64,000 nt of DNA from Myxococcota bacterium (GTDB lineage Bacteria; Myxococcota_A; UBA9160; UBA4427). Made by a program: the position numbers and the translations under genes. Below the pieces are notes generated by a model. It did not search any database. It was not told the origin of the DNA and was given only the letters and a program-made list of their open reading frames with translations. Position 1 is the stretch's first letter; every line of letters begins with the position of its first letter. The stretch is from NCBI GenBank assembly GCA_965250285.1, contig OZ252299.1, positions 5,632,001 to 5,696,000 of the forward strand. The letters are read 5' to 3'. Of this stretch, positions 1 through 9,897 are shown one piece after another.

Positions 1-1444
1 CGGCCGCCATGCGCCCGATCGGCTGCCTGCCTGGTGCGGGCGCGCGCCATGCGACGAAGGCGGCGAGAAGGGCGTTGGTCGCGATGGCGAGCGAGATGGC
101 GCGGGCGAAGCCGAGGGCCGGAATCAAGAAGAAGCCTGCGCCGAGCGCGCCGATGATCGCGCCGACCGTGTTCCACGCGTAGACGCGGGCCGAAGCCGCC
201 GCGGCCGTGGTCTCGTCGCGCGCGTAGAGGCGGACGGCGAGCGGAAACGTGGCGCCGAGGAGCACGGTCGAGGGCAGCAGCACGGCGATGCTCGCGATGG
301 CGTCGGCGGCGAGCCGGCTCGCGCCGCCGTCGGCGAGGGCGCGCGTGAAGACGGGCAGGGCGTCGATCGCAAAGAACGCGCCGAGCGACAGCAGGCCGAT
401 GCCCAGCTGGCAGACGAAGAGCGCGCGAGCCGCGCTCGTCGTCGTGCGACTGAAGCGCGTCGCCGCGGCCGAGCCGAGCGCGATGCCGGTCAGGAAGCTC
501 GCGAGCATCGTGGCGAATGCGTACACGCTGCCGCCGAGCACCTGGCCGAGCAGCCTCGTCCAGAGCACCTCGTAGCTGAACGAGACCGCGCCGCTCGCGA
601 GCATGACGGGCAGCACCCAGCCATGCGCGAAGCCGCCGCGTCGACTCGCGGCGACGTCGGGGCCTGCGTCGGTCGCTGCTTCGCCGCGCACGCCGACACT
701 GGCCGCCGCCACGAACACGGCCGCGTTGGCGGCGACGGCCACCCACACGGTGCCCGACAAGCCGAGCGCCGGCAGCAGCCAGAACCCGGCGAGAAGGGTG
801 CCGATCACGGCGCCGGCCGTGTTCAGTGCGTAGAGGATCGCGATGCGAGGCCCGACGTCGCGTTGCCGATGGATCGCCTCGCGTGCGAGCAGCGGGAGCG
901 TGGCGCCCATGAGACCGGTCGGCACGATCAGCACCGCGAACGCCGTGACCAGGTAGAAGATCGCGTGCACCGGGTGGCCGGCGGCGGGCGGCGCCCCCGA
1001 CGTCGCGAAGAGCCAGGCGTGGAGCGCGTCGGCGCCGCGCAGCGCGAAGGGCACGCAGAGCGCCGAGACGGCGATGGCGCCTTCGAGGACGCCGTAGACG
1101 AGCACCGGTCGCCGCACTCGGCCGACGAGGCGCGCCGCAACGGCGGCGCCGACGGCGAGCCCGGCCATGTAGGCGGCGAGGACGGTCGCCACGGCGAGCT
1201 CGCTCGTGCCGAAGACGAAGGCGAACGTGCGCGTCCACGCGGTCTGATAGATCAACGCGGCGAGGCCAGAGAGGAAGAAGCACAGCAGCAGCAGCGCGAA
1301 CGACGACCGCGAGGGCTCGGCGCCGTTCGGTACGCCGCCTGTCGCCGTCGAACCGCCGTCGTTCGATGCGCCGAGCGCGCTGGCGTTCGATTCGCCGCTC
1401 GAAGCCGAGTGTTCGACGGGTTCGGGCTCGCTCGCCTCGGTCAT
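1..1444 (-). CDS. Fused MFS-like membrane/spermidine synthase protein (3' end lies outside the window)
   Basis: Not in the ORF track because it runs off the edge. Manual translation from the ATG at 1444 gives MTEASEPEP...FALLLLCFFLSGLAALIYQTAWTRTFAFVFGTSELAVATVLAAYMAGLAVG. A second repeat (SGAVSFSYEVLWTRLLGQVLGGSVYAFATMLASFLTGIALGS) and YALNTAGAVIG / YAWNTVGAIIG are typical of this family. Confidence 0.85.
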   Translation of the reverse strand, partial: MTEASEPEPVEHSASSGESNASALGASNDGGSTATGGVPNGAEPSRSSFALLLLCFFLSGLAALIYQTAWTRTFAFVFGTSELAVATVLAAYMAGLAVGAAVAARLVGRVRRPVLVYGVLEGAIAVSALCVPFALRGADALHAWLFATSGAPPAAGHPVHAIFYLVTAFAVLIVPTGLMGATLPLLAREAIHRQRDVGPRIAILYALNTAGAVIGTLLAGFWLLPALGLSGTVWVAVAANAAVFVAAASVGVRGEAATDAGPDVAASRRGGFAHGWVLPVMLASGAVSFSYEVLWTRLLGQVLGGSVYAFATMLASFLTGIALGSAAATRFSRTTTSAARALFVCQLGIGLLSLGAFFAIDALPVFTRALADGGASRLAADAIASIAVLLPSTVLLGATFPLAVRLYARDETTAAAASARVYAWNTVGAIIGALGAGFFLIPALGFARAISLAIATNALLAAFVAWRAPAPGRQPIGRMAA

Positions 1445-1460
1445 GATGGCCGGACCGTTC

Positions 1461-3983
1461 TCAGGAGGGATCCGTCTGGGGCGCAGCACCACCTGCGCCG
1501 CCGTCGAGGGCGCCCAGCGCGGTCTGCGACGGTGCGTGCCGGGGGTCGATCTCGAGCGCGCGTGCGTAGGCGTCGCGGGCCTTCTCGGGTCGGCTCATCT
1601 GCTCGAGGGCCTGGCCGAGATGCAGCAGGTAGTCGGCGTTCGGCGGCCGTGCGTGGTCGGCCGCGAAGCTGAACTGGTACATCGCGGCGTCGAAGAGCCC
1701 CTTGGCCATGTAGACCCGGCCCAGGGCATCGGCCGCCGCGACCTGATCGCCCGGCACGGCCACGGCCTCGCGAGCCAGCTGTTCGGCGCGGTCGAGGTCG
1801 CCGCCGAGCGCGACGAGCAGCGTCGCGGTGTCGGCCTTCAGCATCGTGAACTGAGCGCCCTCGTCGAGCGCCTCTTCGAAGAGCGCCAACGCTTCGCTCG
1901 CACGGCCCTGCTGCGCGAGCATGCGGCCGAGCACGACCTTGCGGTGCACCGTCAAGGTGCCCCGGGCGCGCTGCTGTTGGAGCGTCTCGATCACCGCTTC
2001 GGGGCTCGAAGCCGCGTTCGCGAGCGTCATCAGGACGGCGAGCGCGTCATCCCCCTGGCCGCGTCGCAGTGAGAGCGCGCGCTCGGCGTCGGTGCGTGCC
2101 GCCTTGGCGTTGCCGATGACCAGCATGAGTCGGGCACGGATCTCGTAGAGCCGCGGATCGAGGCGACGCTGCGCGAGGGCATTCTTCACACGCACGAGCG
2201 CGACGTTCGGCTCGCCGAGAGCGAGATCGGTCTCGATGAGGGCCTCGAACACGCGTGTGTCTCCGGGCGTCCGTTCGTGGGCGCCGGCCAGGGCCATGCG
2301 CGCGGCGTGCAGGGTCTGCGGGTGGTCGCGCTCGCGTTCGAAGAGCTCGACGGCGGCTTCGTTCGGAGCATCCGGACGGTCGACGAGGCGGAGCAGCCGG
2401 CTCCGCCCGGCGGCCCGTCGACCGAGGTCGTACTCGATCCGCGCGCGCAGGAGCAGCTGATTCGGGGTGAGGTCGTCGCCCCGGTCGAGCTGTCGGAGCG
2501 CAGCGAATGCCGCCTCGGGCTGACCCAGGCGGCGCAGCAGCTCGGCCTTGTGCGCCCACAGCGCGGCGTCGAACTGCTTCGAGTCTTCGATCTGTCGCTC
2601 GACCGTCGCGAGGGCGTCCTCGAGCAGCCCCAACTGCTCTTGCGCGCGAGCCAGCACGCGGAGCGCCTCATTGTCGCCGGTCGAGGCCGCGATCGGCTGG
2701 ATCGTCTCGAGCGCCTCGCGCGGCGCGTTGGCCCGCAGCGCCCGGCGCGCGATCAGCAGGCGTGTCTGGATGTCGTCGGGATGCCGCGCCTGCAGCTCCT
2801 CGAGCGCACGAGCCGCATCGGCGGGGCGCCCGTTTCGCGCCTGGATCTGCACGATCTGCGCGAGGAGGATCGGCGTGTCGTCTCCAGCCTCGATGCGCCC
2901 TCGCAGATGAGCCACCGCGTCGGCGCGCCCGCGATCGACCTCGATGGCGCGCGCGACCACGACGTGCGTGCGCGAGTCGTCGCCGGCCTGATCGAGCAGG
3001 GCCTCGACGATGGGCTGCGTCGGTTGGCCCGCGTTGCGCGCCAGCTGGATGCGCGACTCCCAGCGATCGATGCGCTTCGGTTCGAGCTCGGTGAGCCGTT
3101 CGACCGCAAAGAGCATCGATGCGCGGTCGCCCCGCGAGCGGGCGAATCGCGACAGGGCTTCGAGGGCGTTCACCTCGGCCGCCGTGTCACCGCGGGCGGC
3201 TTCGACCGCGGCTCGGTACTGCGTCATGGCGTCGTCCTGGCGACCGGGCCAGCCCGCGAGCAGCTTCGCCTTCGAGATGAGGACGGTCGACAGCTCTGTC
3301 CCGCCCTTCGCGATGTAGGCGTCGTAGGCCCGGAGCGCCGCCTGGAAGTCGGCGGGGTTCAGCACCGTGCGCCCGGGCTTGAGCCGAAGGATGCGGATGC
3401 GCGTGCCGTAGACGCGGGCCCGAGTCCACTCGACGTCGGCGAGATCGGGGGCCTGGGCCTCGGCCTCTTGGACGCGGCGCACGGCGGCCCCGTGATCGTC
3501 GTTCAGGGCGTCGGCTTCGGCGCCGACGAGCAGCGCATTGACGTGACCGGGGGCGTCGGCGAGCACCGCCGTGGCGATCTCGGCGGCCCGTTTCGGGTCG
3601 CTGAAGAGCAGCGCCCGAGCGAGGTCGACCCTGTAGTCGTGCTGGCCGGGGTCGAGCGCGACCGCTTCTTCGAGATAGAGCTGCGCCTCTTCGACGACGC
3701 CGAGCCGCAACATCGCGCGGCCGAGCAGCGCATGGGCGCGGGGGTTGCTCGGGTCGAGCTCGACGGCGTTGCGAAGCTCGATCGCGGCTTCCCGCACGTC
3801 GAGCACACCGCGCGGATCGTCGAGCAGGCGCTCGCCCTCGGCGACGTGGTCGGCGGCGCGCTCTTCGGGCCCCTTGCAAGCGACCCCGAGCATGGCGACG
3901 CACGCGAACACCGCGGCGAGCCCGAACACCGCGCCGCGCCGGGCGGGCCGGCGCGGCGATTGGTCGGTCCATCCCGAACGCAT
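1461..3983 (-). CDS. Large TPR-repeat lipoprotein (PrsT-like, PEP-CTERM system associated)
   Basis: 840 aa with a signal peptide and lipobox (LGVAC) and TPR-like repeats throughout (AIELRNAVELDPSNPRAHALLG; KARDAYARALEIDPRH). Lies next to PEP-CTERM genes. Confidence 0.8.
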   Translation of the reverse strand: MRSGWTDQSPRRPARRGAVFGLAAVFACVAMLGVACKGPEERAADHVAEGERLLDDPRGVLDVREAAIELRNAVELDPSNPRAHALLGRAMLRLGVVEEAQLYLEEAVALDPGQHDYRVDLARALLFSDPKRAAEIATAVLADAPGHVNALLVGAEADALNDDHGAAVRRVQEAEAQAPDLADVEWTRARVYGTRIRILRLKPGRTVLNPADFQAALRAYDAYIAKGGTELSTVLISKAKLLAGWPGRQDDAMTQYRAAVEAARGDTAAEVNALEALSRFARSRGDRASMLFAVERLTELEPKRIDRWESRIQLARNAGQPTQPIVEALLDQAGDDSRTHVVVARAIEVDRGRADAVAHLRGRIEAGDDTPILLAQIVQIQARNGRPADAARALEELQARHPDDIQTRLLIARRALRANAPREALETIQPIAASTGDNEALRVLARAQEQLGLLEDALATVERQIEDSKQFDAALWAHKAELLRRLGQPEAAFAALRQLDRGDDLTPNQLLLRARIEYDLGRRAAGRSRLLRLVDRPDAPNEAAVELFERERDHPQTLHAARMALAGAHERTPGDTRVFEALIETDLALGEPNVALVRVKNALAQRRLDPRLYEIRARLMLVIGNAKAARTDAERALSLRRGQGDDALAVLMTLANAASSPEAVIETLQQQRARGTLTVHRKVVLGRMLAQQGRASEALALFEEALDEGAQFTMLKADTATLLVALGGDLDRAEQLAREAVAVPGDQVAAADALGRVYMAKGLFDAAMYQFSFAADHARPPNADYLLHLGQALEQMSRPEKARDAYARALEIDPRHAPSQTALGALDGGAGGAAPQTDPS

Positions 3984-3991
3984 GAAGCGCC

Positions 3992-6424
3992 TCAGGACTC
4001 CCTCAGCTGATCGAGCGCCGCCTGTGCCTCCTGCGCCTCGGGGAAGGTGTCGCCGCCGAGTGCCTTGGTCAGGATCTCGCGCGCTCCCTCCTTGTCGCCG
4101 CTCGCCGAGCGAGCGAGACCGAGTCGGTACTCGATCGACGGCGAGTCGGGACGCGCATCGAGTGCGCGCGTCAGGACGGTGATGGCCTGGTCGACATCGC
4201 CCCGCTTGAGGTGCACGTAGCCCAGGGTGTCGAGGGTCTCAGCCGTGCGATCGAGGCGCACCGCCCGCTGGGCGAACGCGAGCGCATCGTCGAGCCGCTG
4301 ACCGCCCTGGGCGAGCAGGAAGGCGAGATCGTTGTTGGCACCGAGGTGGCCCGGGTCGAGCTCTACGGCCGCGCGCAGCCGCTCCACGGCGCCATCGATG
4401 TCCCCCATCATCAACGACACCTGGGCGCCCGAGTAGAAGTACGCGGCCGTGTCGTCCGATGCTTCTGCGGCCTTGTCGTAGTAGATGCGCGCCTCATCGA
4501 AGCGACCGGCCTCACGCGCGAGCGAGCCCATGCCGTCGAGCGAGAGCGCGAAGTCGGGGTCGGCCGCGAGCACCTGCTCGAACTTCTTGCGCGCCTGATC
4601 CGAGCGTCCCGTCGCGGCCAGCACACGGGCGTGCAGGTCGATGTTCGTGAGCGACTCCGGGTTCTTCGCCGCGGCGCTGGCGACGCGGCGCTGGGCCTCG
4701 TCGCCTCGGCCGACCTCGAGCAGGTTGGTCGCGAGTGCGCGAAGGACCTCGACGTTCGTTGCTGCATCGAGATCGATCGGCGCCTCGAGGATCGCATCGG
4801 CCGCGGCCTGGGGGCCCTCCCTGCGGCGCTTCAGCTCGGCGAACTCGACGTAGGGCCGAGCGCTCTCGGGCTCGCGCGTCTTGAGGTTCTGCAGGACGCC
4901 TTCGGCTTGCTCCCAGTTCTCGAGCTCGATGTGCGAGCGCGCTGCGATGACGTGCGCGCGGTCGTTGATGAAGGGCCGCTTGGTCATCTGTCGCGAGGCG
5001 AACTGCTGCGCGTTGCCCCAGGCGCCCTGGCCGTAGTAGATCTCGGCGAGCCGGAGTGCTGCGTCCGTCTCGCTCTCGCCCACGCGCACCGCCTCGCGGA
5101 ACTCCGTGATGGCGCGCTCTTCGTCGCCGACGCCGAGGGCGGCGCGACCGGCGAGATAGCGTGCGCCGGCGTTGTTCGGCCAGAGCCGCAGGCCCGTCTC
5201 GAGCTTGGCCAGCGCAGCCGCCGGCTCGTCGCGCTCGAGCAGGATCGCGCCGTCGAGCAGGTTGCGGTAGCTCGGCTCGTTGATCGAAGCGGCGACCTCT
5301 TCTGCGCGGTCGAGGTCGCCCTCTTCGATGAGCATGTCGGCGAGCGCGAATCGCAGCGGCGGCGTCACGTTGCCCGAGCGCTCCATGGCGGCCTCGAGGG
5401 CTTCACGTGCCTTGCCGGGCTCGCCGAGCTTGCGATAGAAGCTCGACAGCATGCGCCAGGCCTGGGGCGTGTCGAAGAGCTCGACCGTCTCCTGCAAGAA
5501 CGCTTCGCCCTCTTCGCGGTGCGCTTCGTCCGAGAGCAGATCGGCGAGCTTGCCGCGCAGCCCGAGGTCTTCGGGCGTCGCATCGACCGCCTTGCGCCAG
5601 ACGTCGATCGCCTTCGCGGGCTGTCCCGTCTCGATATAGAAGTCGGCGACCCACTGCTGCACGAGCGGGTTGGCGGGATACGCCTCGAGGCATTCGTCGA
5701 ACTGCTCGGCGGCCTTCTCGTCTTCTTTCTGGCTGCGGTAGAAGGTCGCGACGGCCGAGCACTTGCGGGCCGCGTCATCGTCGTTGCCCGACGCGCTCGC
5801 GCGCTCGTACAGACCCTGCCAGAGCGCCTCGGCCTCATCGACGCGATTGAGGTCGATCAGCGCGCCACCGCGCAGGCTGGTCGCGGCCGTATCGTCGGGA
5901 CGCAGCGCCAGGATGGCGTCGGCGTCTTCGAGCGTCTTCTCGGGCTGACCGGCGACGAGGTTCGCGTTCGCGCGCGTGAAGAGCGCGGTCACGTTCTCGG
6001 GCTCGAGATCGAGCACCTTCGTTGCCGCGCGGACGGCTTCTTCATTGGTGCCGTTCTGCATCAAGGTCGACGCGAGCAGCAGGCCGGCCGGGACCGCGTG
6101 GCTGTCGGTCTGGCTCGCCTTCTGGAGCGGCCAGACCGCCAGGCTCGGTCGACCGGTCTGGACGAGGGCGATGCCGAGCCGGTAGTTGGCCTCGGGGTGA
6201 TCGGGCTCGTCCGACAGCACCTGGCGAAGGGGGGCGATCGACGGATCGAACTGGCCCGCTTCCTGGAGCGAGCGGATCTCGGACATCTTCGTCTCGGTGC
6301 CCCCCTGGCAGCCGATGCCCAGGGCGACGATCGAGGTGAGCGTCCACAGCACGAGCGAGTGCTGAAAACGCGGCAACTGTCCGAAAAGAGTGCGCTTTTC
6401 GGGCGAGGGGGGAAAAGGCGACAT
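3992..6424 (-). CDS. Large TPR-repeat lipoprotein (PrsT-like)
   Basis: Start set at the ATG of MSPFPPSPEKRT. Hydrophobic segment with lipobox LGIGC, continuous TPRs, and C-terminal ANNDLAFLL...ALAFAQRA...TLDTLGYVHLKRGD as seen in PrsT-type proteins. Confidence 0.82.
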   Translation of the reverse strand: MSPFPPSPEKRTLFGQLPRFQHSLVLWTLTSIVALGIGCQGGTETKMSEIRSLQEAGQFDPSIAPLRQVLSDEPDHPEANYRLGIALVQTGRPSLAVWPLQKASQTDSHAVPAGLLLASTLMQNGTNEEAVRAATKVLDLEPENVTALFTRANANLVAGQPEKTLEDADAILALRPDDTAATSLRGGALIDLNRVDEAEALWQGLYERASASGNDDDAARKCSAVATFYRSQKEDEKAAEQFDECLEAYPANPLVQQWVADFYIETGQPAKAIDVWRKAVDATPEDLGLRGKLADLLSDEAHREEGEAFLQETVELFDTPQAWRMLSSFYRKLGEPGKAREALEAAMERSGNVTPPLRFALADMLIEEGDLDRAEEVAASINEPSYRNLLDGAILLERDEPAAALAKLETGLRLWPNNAGARYLAGRAALGVGDEERAITEFREAVRVGESETDAALRLAEIYYGQGAWGNAQQFASRQMTKRPFINDRAHVIAARSHIELENWEQAEGVLQNLKTREPESARPYVEFAELKRRREGPQAAADAILEAPIDLDAATNVEVLRALATNLLEVGRGDEAQRRVASAAAKNPESLTNIDLHARVLAATGRSDQARKKFEQVLAADPDFALSLDGMGSLAREAGRFDEARIYYDKAAEASDDTAAYFYSGAQVSLMMGDIDGAVERLRAAVELDPGHLGANNDLAFLLAQGGQRLDDALAFAQRAVRLDRTAETLDTLGYVHLKRGDVDQAITVLTRALDARPDSPSIEYRLGLARSASGDKEGAREILTKALGGDTFPEAQEAQAALDQLRES

Positions 6425-6839
6425 GGGGCGCGTCGTGCCTCCTGGGGTCGAGGGGAGCCAGAGCATAGAGGGATCTTCAGCGCGATCCAAGCAAGAACGC
6501 GGCCAGACATCCGATCTCCGCTCGGGACGTGGGTGGCCCGACCGTGCGCGAAGGTGATCACCTCGCTCGACGGTGCTCTGCACGACTCATCTGCCCTGCG
6601 AAGCGTCCGGTGGACGCCCGCGCGGGACGCGATGCGGGCGGGCGGACCGGTTGCCACTGTGATGTTCGGTGCGGTGTGGGAAGTCGCTTTCCTACATTGG
6701 GAACGCCCTTGGAGTCGGTCGAAAGACATTTCCCATCTGAGAAGCGACTGAAGAGCCTCTCGTTCAGAATTCGAGACTCTGAGGCCGACCTGAACAGGTC
6801 GCCCGCGGGGTTCCAGATGCCGCGCAGCGGGGCTGCGCG

Positions 6840-6855
6840 TGGCACAGCCTGTGCA
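6840..6855 (+). promoter_or_regulatory. Putative sigma54 (-24/-12) promoter
   Basis: TGGCACAGCCTGTGCA has exact GG-N10-GC spacing (consensus TGGCAC-N5-TTGC). It points toward the PEP-CTERM genes, a class associated with sigma54/PrsR control. It is also a near-palindrome, so it could instead be a transcription factor site. Confidence 0.5.
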
Positions 6856-7109
6856 TTTGTGAGCCCCCGGTCGATGGCCCGGAAGGGGCTGCGCCGCGCG
6901 CAGGGCACGGCTTCGGGCTCGATCGGTCGAGTGATACGGTCCGCGTGGAAATGTCTCTAGAGCGGAAAAAACGGCCCTAGAGCCTCAAAATGGTGGACAA
7001 ATCACACGGCAGAGATGCAGAATCACCCCACCGATCGCACCCTCGTCCGCTCAAGTTGCTCGGCGGTCGGAGAAGAGGGTGGGGTCGCTGCTCGATCTGC
7101 CGGTCGATG

Positions 7110-7172
7110 CGGAAAGCGGAAGCGAGAGCTGACGCAGAAGCAGAAGCAGAAGCCGAAACAGAAGCTGAAGTC
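7110..7172 (+). repeat. Degenerate hexamer microsatellite (GCAGAA)n in the intergenic leader
   Basis: ...gacgcagaagcagaagcagaagccgaaacagaagctgaag... Confidence 0.6.
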
Positions 7173-7469
7173 GAACGCGGCGCTGGAGCCATGCGGAGTG
7201 GAAGCCGAGTCGAAAGCCGACGCTGGATCAGTGGTCGACTGAGATTCAAGGCGCAAAAAGCACGAAAGCCACGAAACCAGGATCCAGAGTCGACGGCAGC
7301 GAGCGGTCTGCACCACGCAAGTCCCGGTTGTGCCAAGCGATTTCAAGCGCGGCCGGCGCCTTGTGAGACCAGGACCGAAGGAAAGACGCGCAAGTCAAGC
7401 AAGACAGAGAGACGGCAAGACAGGCAGAGCAACACAACAGCAAGTGAGAGAACCACAAAAGGGATGCAC

Positions 7470-8438
7470 ATGATGTTACGCAAGTTCTTAGTGCTTCTGG
7501 CGGCTCTCGGCTTGATCGTGAGCACCGCCGGAACGGCGGCAGCCGGTGTCCTGGCGGCCCCGGATTCGGAGTTCACGTTCAGGCTGGGCAGCCTCGCCCC
7601 GATCAGCGTCACGGGTTCGTACCAGGACGGCGGCAACGCCACGCTCAGCGACAATGGCGCTGCGCACGACCTGGTCGAGACGGGCGGCATCTGGGCGACC
7701 GCTGGCAAGGCGGCCGGTACGAGCCTCTTCACGGGCGTCGCGCTGATCACGGACCTCGTCCTGTCGGCGACCGACGACTCGGGCACCTTCACCGCGAGCT
7801 TCTCGGCCCCGAACTCGGTGGGCGGCAACCTCAGCGGTGGTGGCCAGACGGTCTACTCGGGCACCCTGTGCCCGACGGGCTGCCTCGGCGGCACGGCCGG
7901 CATCACCGGTCAGCTCGTCGTTCAGGTGGCCGGCGCGCCGTTCCCCTACGCCCTGGGCGTCGTGGGTATCGGTGGCAAGCAGACCCTGACCATCGGCACC
8001 GACCAGATCGTCGCCACGGGCGGCCCCTGGCTCACGGGTAAGATGCGCATCACGGGCGTTACGACGAACGTGATCCAGCTGCCCAACCGCCCGGGCTCGC
8101 CGACGGGTGTCGGCGTCACGCTGAACCCGACCTCGATGGAGGAGGTGAAGACCTTCACCACGATGGGTGGCTTCCGCACGGACAACGAGGGTGCCCCGAT
8201 CCTGACGCAGGGTACGGTGACCGTCAGCGGCACGAACGCGCTCGCATCGGCTTCGGCCGCGGGCACGGTGACGCTGATCTCGCCGCTCCGCGTCGACACC
8301 GGGCCGCTCGCGGTCGGCACCATCCCGGGCGTCGCGACCAAGAAGTTCGTGTTCGCCCCCGAGCCGGGCACGCTGCTGCTGCTCGCTTCGGGCGCCGCGG
8401 GTCTGGTCCTGATCGGACGACGCCGGATCAACAAGTAG
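7470..8438 (+). CDS. PEP-CTERM sorting domain surface protein, paralog 1
   Basis: Signal peptide MMLRKFLVLLAALGLIVSTAGTAAA, Gly/Thr/Ser-rich body, and C-terminal APEPGTLLLLASGAAGLVLIGRRRINK. RBS-like aaggga upstream. The longer ORF from 6990 is judged a spurious extension. Confidence 0.92.
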   Translation: MMLRKFLVLLAALGLIVSTAGTAAAGVLAAPDSEFTFRLGSLAPISVTGSYQDGGNATLSDNGAAHDLVETGGIWATAGKAAGTSLFTGVALITDLVLSATDDSGTFTASFSAPNSVGGNLSGGGQTVYSGTLCPTGCLGGTAGITGQLVVQVAGAPFPYALGVVGIGGKQTLTIGTDQIVATGGPWLTGKMRITGVTTNVIQLPNRPGSPTGVGVTLNPTSMEEVKTFTTMGGFRTDNEGAPILTQGTVTVSGTNALASASAAGTVTLISPLRVDTGPLAVGTIPGVATKKFVFAPEPGTLLLLASGAAGLVLIGRRRINK

Positions 8439-8475
8439 GTCTCCGACCTCCTTCGCTGATCCAGCGGACGAAATG

Positions 8476-8516
8476 AGGCGGTCACCCCGAAAGGGGTGGC
8501 CGCCTTCTTCGTTTTG
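8476..8516 (+). terminator. Rho-independent terminator
   Basis: aggcggtcacccc-gaaa-ggggtggccgcct followed by tcttcgtttt. Confidence 0.88.
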
Positions 8517-8732
8517 GGGCCCGTGCCGCCGAGCTCGAGGTCAGCCAGCTTTGACCCGCGGGGAACACATTCGTGCGCGGGCCGGCCCAAAAATTCTCGA
8601 CTTTGCCTGACCCGGTCTTCAAAATGATCCTGTCGGAAGTTCCGACGCTGTGTCTTTCGTCAAACACAGCACCCTCCCATGTCACGGAACCGGCTTGGCT
8701 CCGCGGCATACGACATAAGGACTGACTCGAAC

Positions 8733-9701
8733 ATGCTGAAGAAGTTATTGGCAATCGGGGCTGGCCTCGCCTTGACCATTTCGCTGAGCGGAACGGCCAT
8801 GGCGGGTGTCTTCAGTGCTCCGGATTCAGAGAGTTTCGTTCAGCTCGGTGGTGGCAACGCCATCACCTACCCCGGTACGTACCAGGGTGGCGGCTACGCA
8901 ACGCTGAGCGACAACGGCTCTGCGCACGACCTGACGGTCGGCGCGGACGTCTTCGTGACGACGGCCAACAATGCAGGGACCAGCCTCTTCACGGGCCTGG
9001 CTCTCATTACCGACCTCGTGATCACGGCGGCGAACAACAGTGGCAACTACACCGCGAGCTTCTCGGCCCCGAACTCGGTGGGCGGCAACCTCAGCGGTGG
9101 TGGCCAGACGGTGTACTCCGGCACGATCTGCCCGACGGGCTGCCTCGGCGGCACGTCGTCGGTCGACGGCCAGACCGTCGTTCTCGTGGCCGGTGGTGTG
9201 CCCTTCCCGCTTCCGACGTCGGTGCTCGGTGTCGGCGGCAAGACGACGCTGGTGCTCGGTACCGATCAGCTCGTCGTGACCGGTGGCCCCTGGCTCACGG
9301 GTAAGATGCGCATCACGGGCATCACGACGAACGTGATCTCGCTGCCGAACCGCCCGGGCGCGCCCACGGGTGTCGGCGTCACGCTGCAGCCTTCGTCGAT
9401 GGAGGAGGTCAAGACCTTCACCACGATGGGTGGCTTCCGCACGACGAACGAAGGCGCCCCGATCCTGACGCAGGGTACGGTGACCGTCAGTGGCACGAAC
9501 GCGCTCGCTTCGGCTTCGGCCGCGGGCACGGTGACGCTGATCTCGCCCCTGCGCATCGACACGGGTCCGCTCGGCATCGGCACCATCCCCGGCATCGTGA
9601 AGAACACGTACGTGTTCGTGCCCGAGCCGGGCACGCTCCTGCTGCTCGCTTCGGGTGGTGTGGGCCTCGTCCTTCTGGGACGCCGCCGGATGAACAAGTA
9701 G
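8733..9701 (+). CDS. PEP-CTERM sorting domain surface protein, paralog 2
   Basis: Signal peptide MLKKLLAIGAGLALTISLSGTAMA and C-terminal VPEPGTLLLLASGGVGLVLLGRRRMNK. RBS taagga. Colinear with paralog 1. Confidence 0.92.
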   Translation: MLKKLLAIGAGLALTISLSGTAMAGVFSAPDSESFVQLGGGNAITYPGTYQGGGYATLSDNGSAHDLTVGADVFVTTANNAGTSLFTGLALITDLVITAANNSGNYTASFSAPNSVGGNLSGGGQTVYSGTICPTGCLGGTSSVDGQTVVLVAGGVPFPLPTSVLGVGGKTTLVLGTDQLVVTGGPWLTGKMRITGITTNVISLPNRPGAPTGVGVTLQPSSMEEVKTFTTMGGFRTTNEGAPILTQGTVTVSGTNALASASAAGTVTLISPLRIDTGPLGIGTIPGIVKNTYVFVPEPGTLLLLASGGVGLVLLGRRRMNK

Positions 9702-9738
9702 GCCGACGACCTACTTCGCTGATCCAGCGAACGAACCG

Positions 9739-9778
9739 AGGCGGTCACCCCGAGAGGGGTGGCCGCCTTCTTCGTTTC
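9739..9778 (+). terminator. Rho-independent terminator (duplicate of the one at 8476)
   Basis: aggcggtcacccc-gaga-ggggtggccgcct followed by tcttcgttt. Confidence 0.88.
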
Positions 9779-9897
9779 GGGGCTCGCGAAGCGGCGGCAC
9801 GCTTCGATTCTCTTGCTCTAAGAGCCCGATTTTGTTAATCAAATCGTTCCGCCGGCGGGCTTGATCGCCGGTTCCCCCGATTGGGAGGCGCCCGCCG

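Noticed and set aside
623..6751. Long + strand ORFs (623-1672, 2277-4010, 4211-6751)
   Set aside because: Antisense shadows of the minus-strand membrane and TPR genes, expected at high GC3, with no motifs.
7317..7336. Second sigma54 site on the minus strand (TTGGCAC...TTGC)
   Set aside because: The spacing between GG and GC is 14 nt, not the required 10.
6990..7469. 160-aa N-terminal extension of PEP-CTERM paralog 1
   Set aside because: The signal peptide and RBS sit at 7470, paralog 2 starts at the equivalent position, and the extension is low complexity.
7470..9701. Diversity-generating retroelement TR/VR pair
   Set aside because: Both copies are full genes, differences are not adenine-specific, and no reverse transcriptase is in the window.
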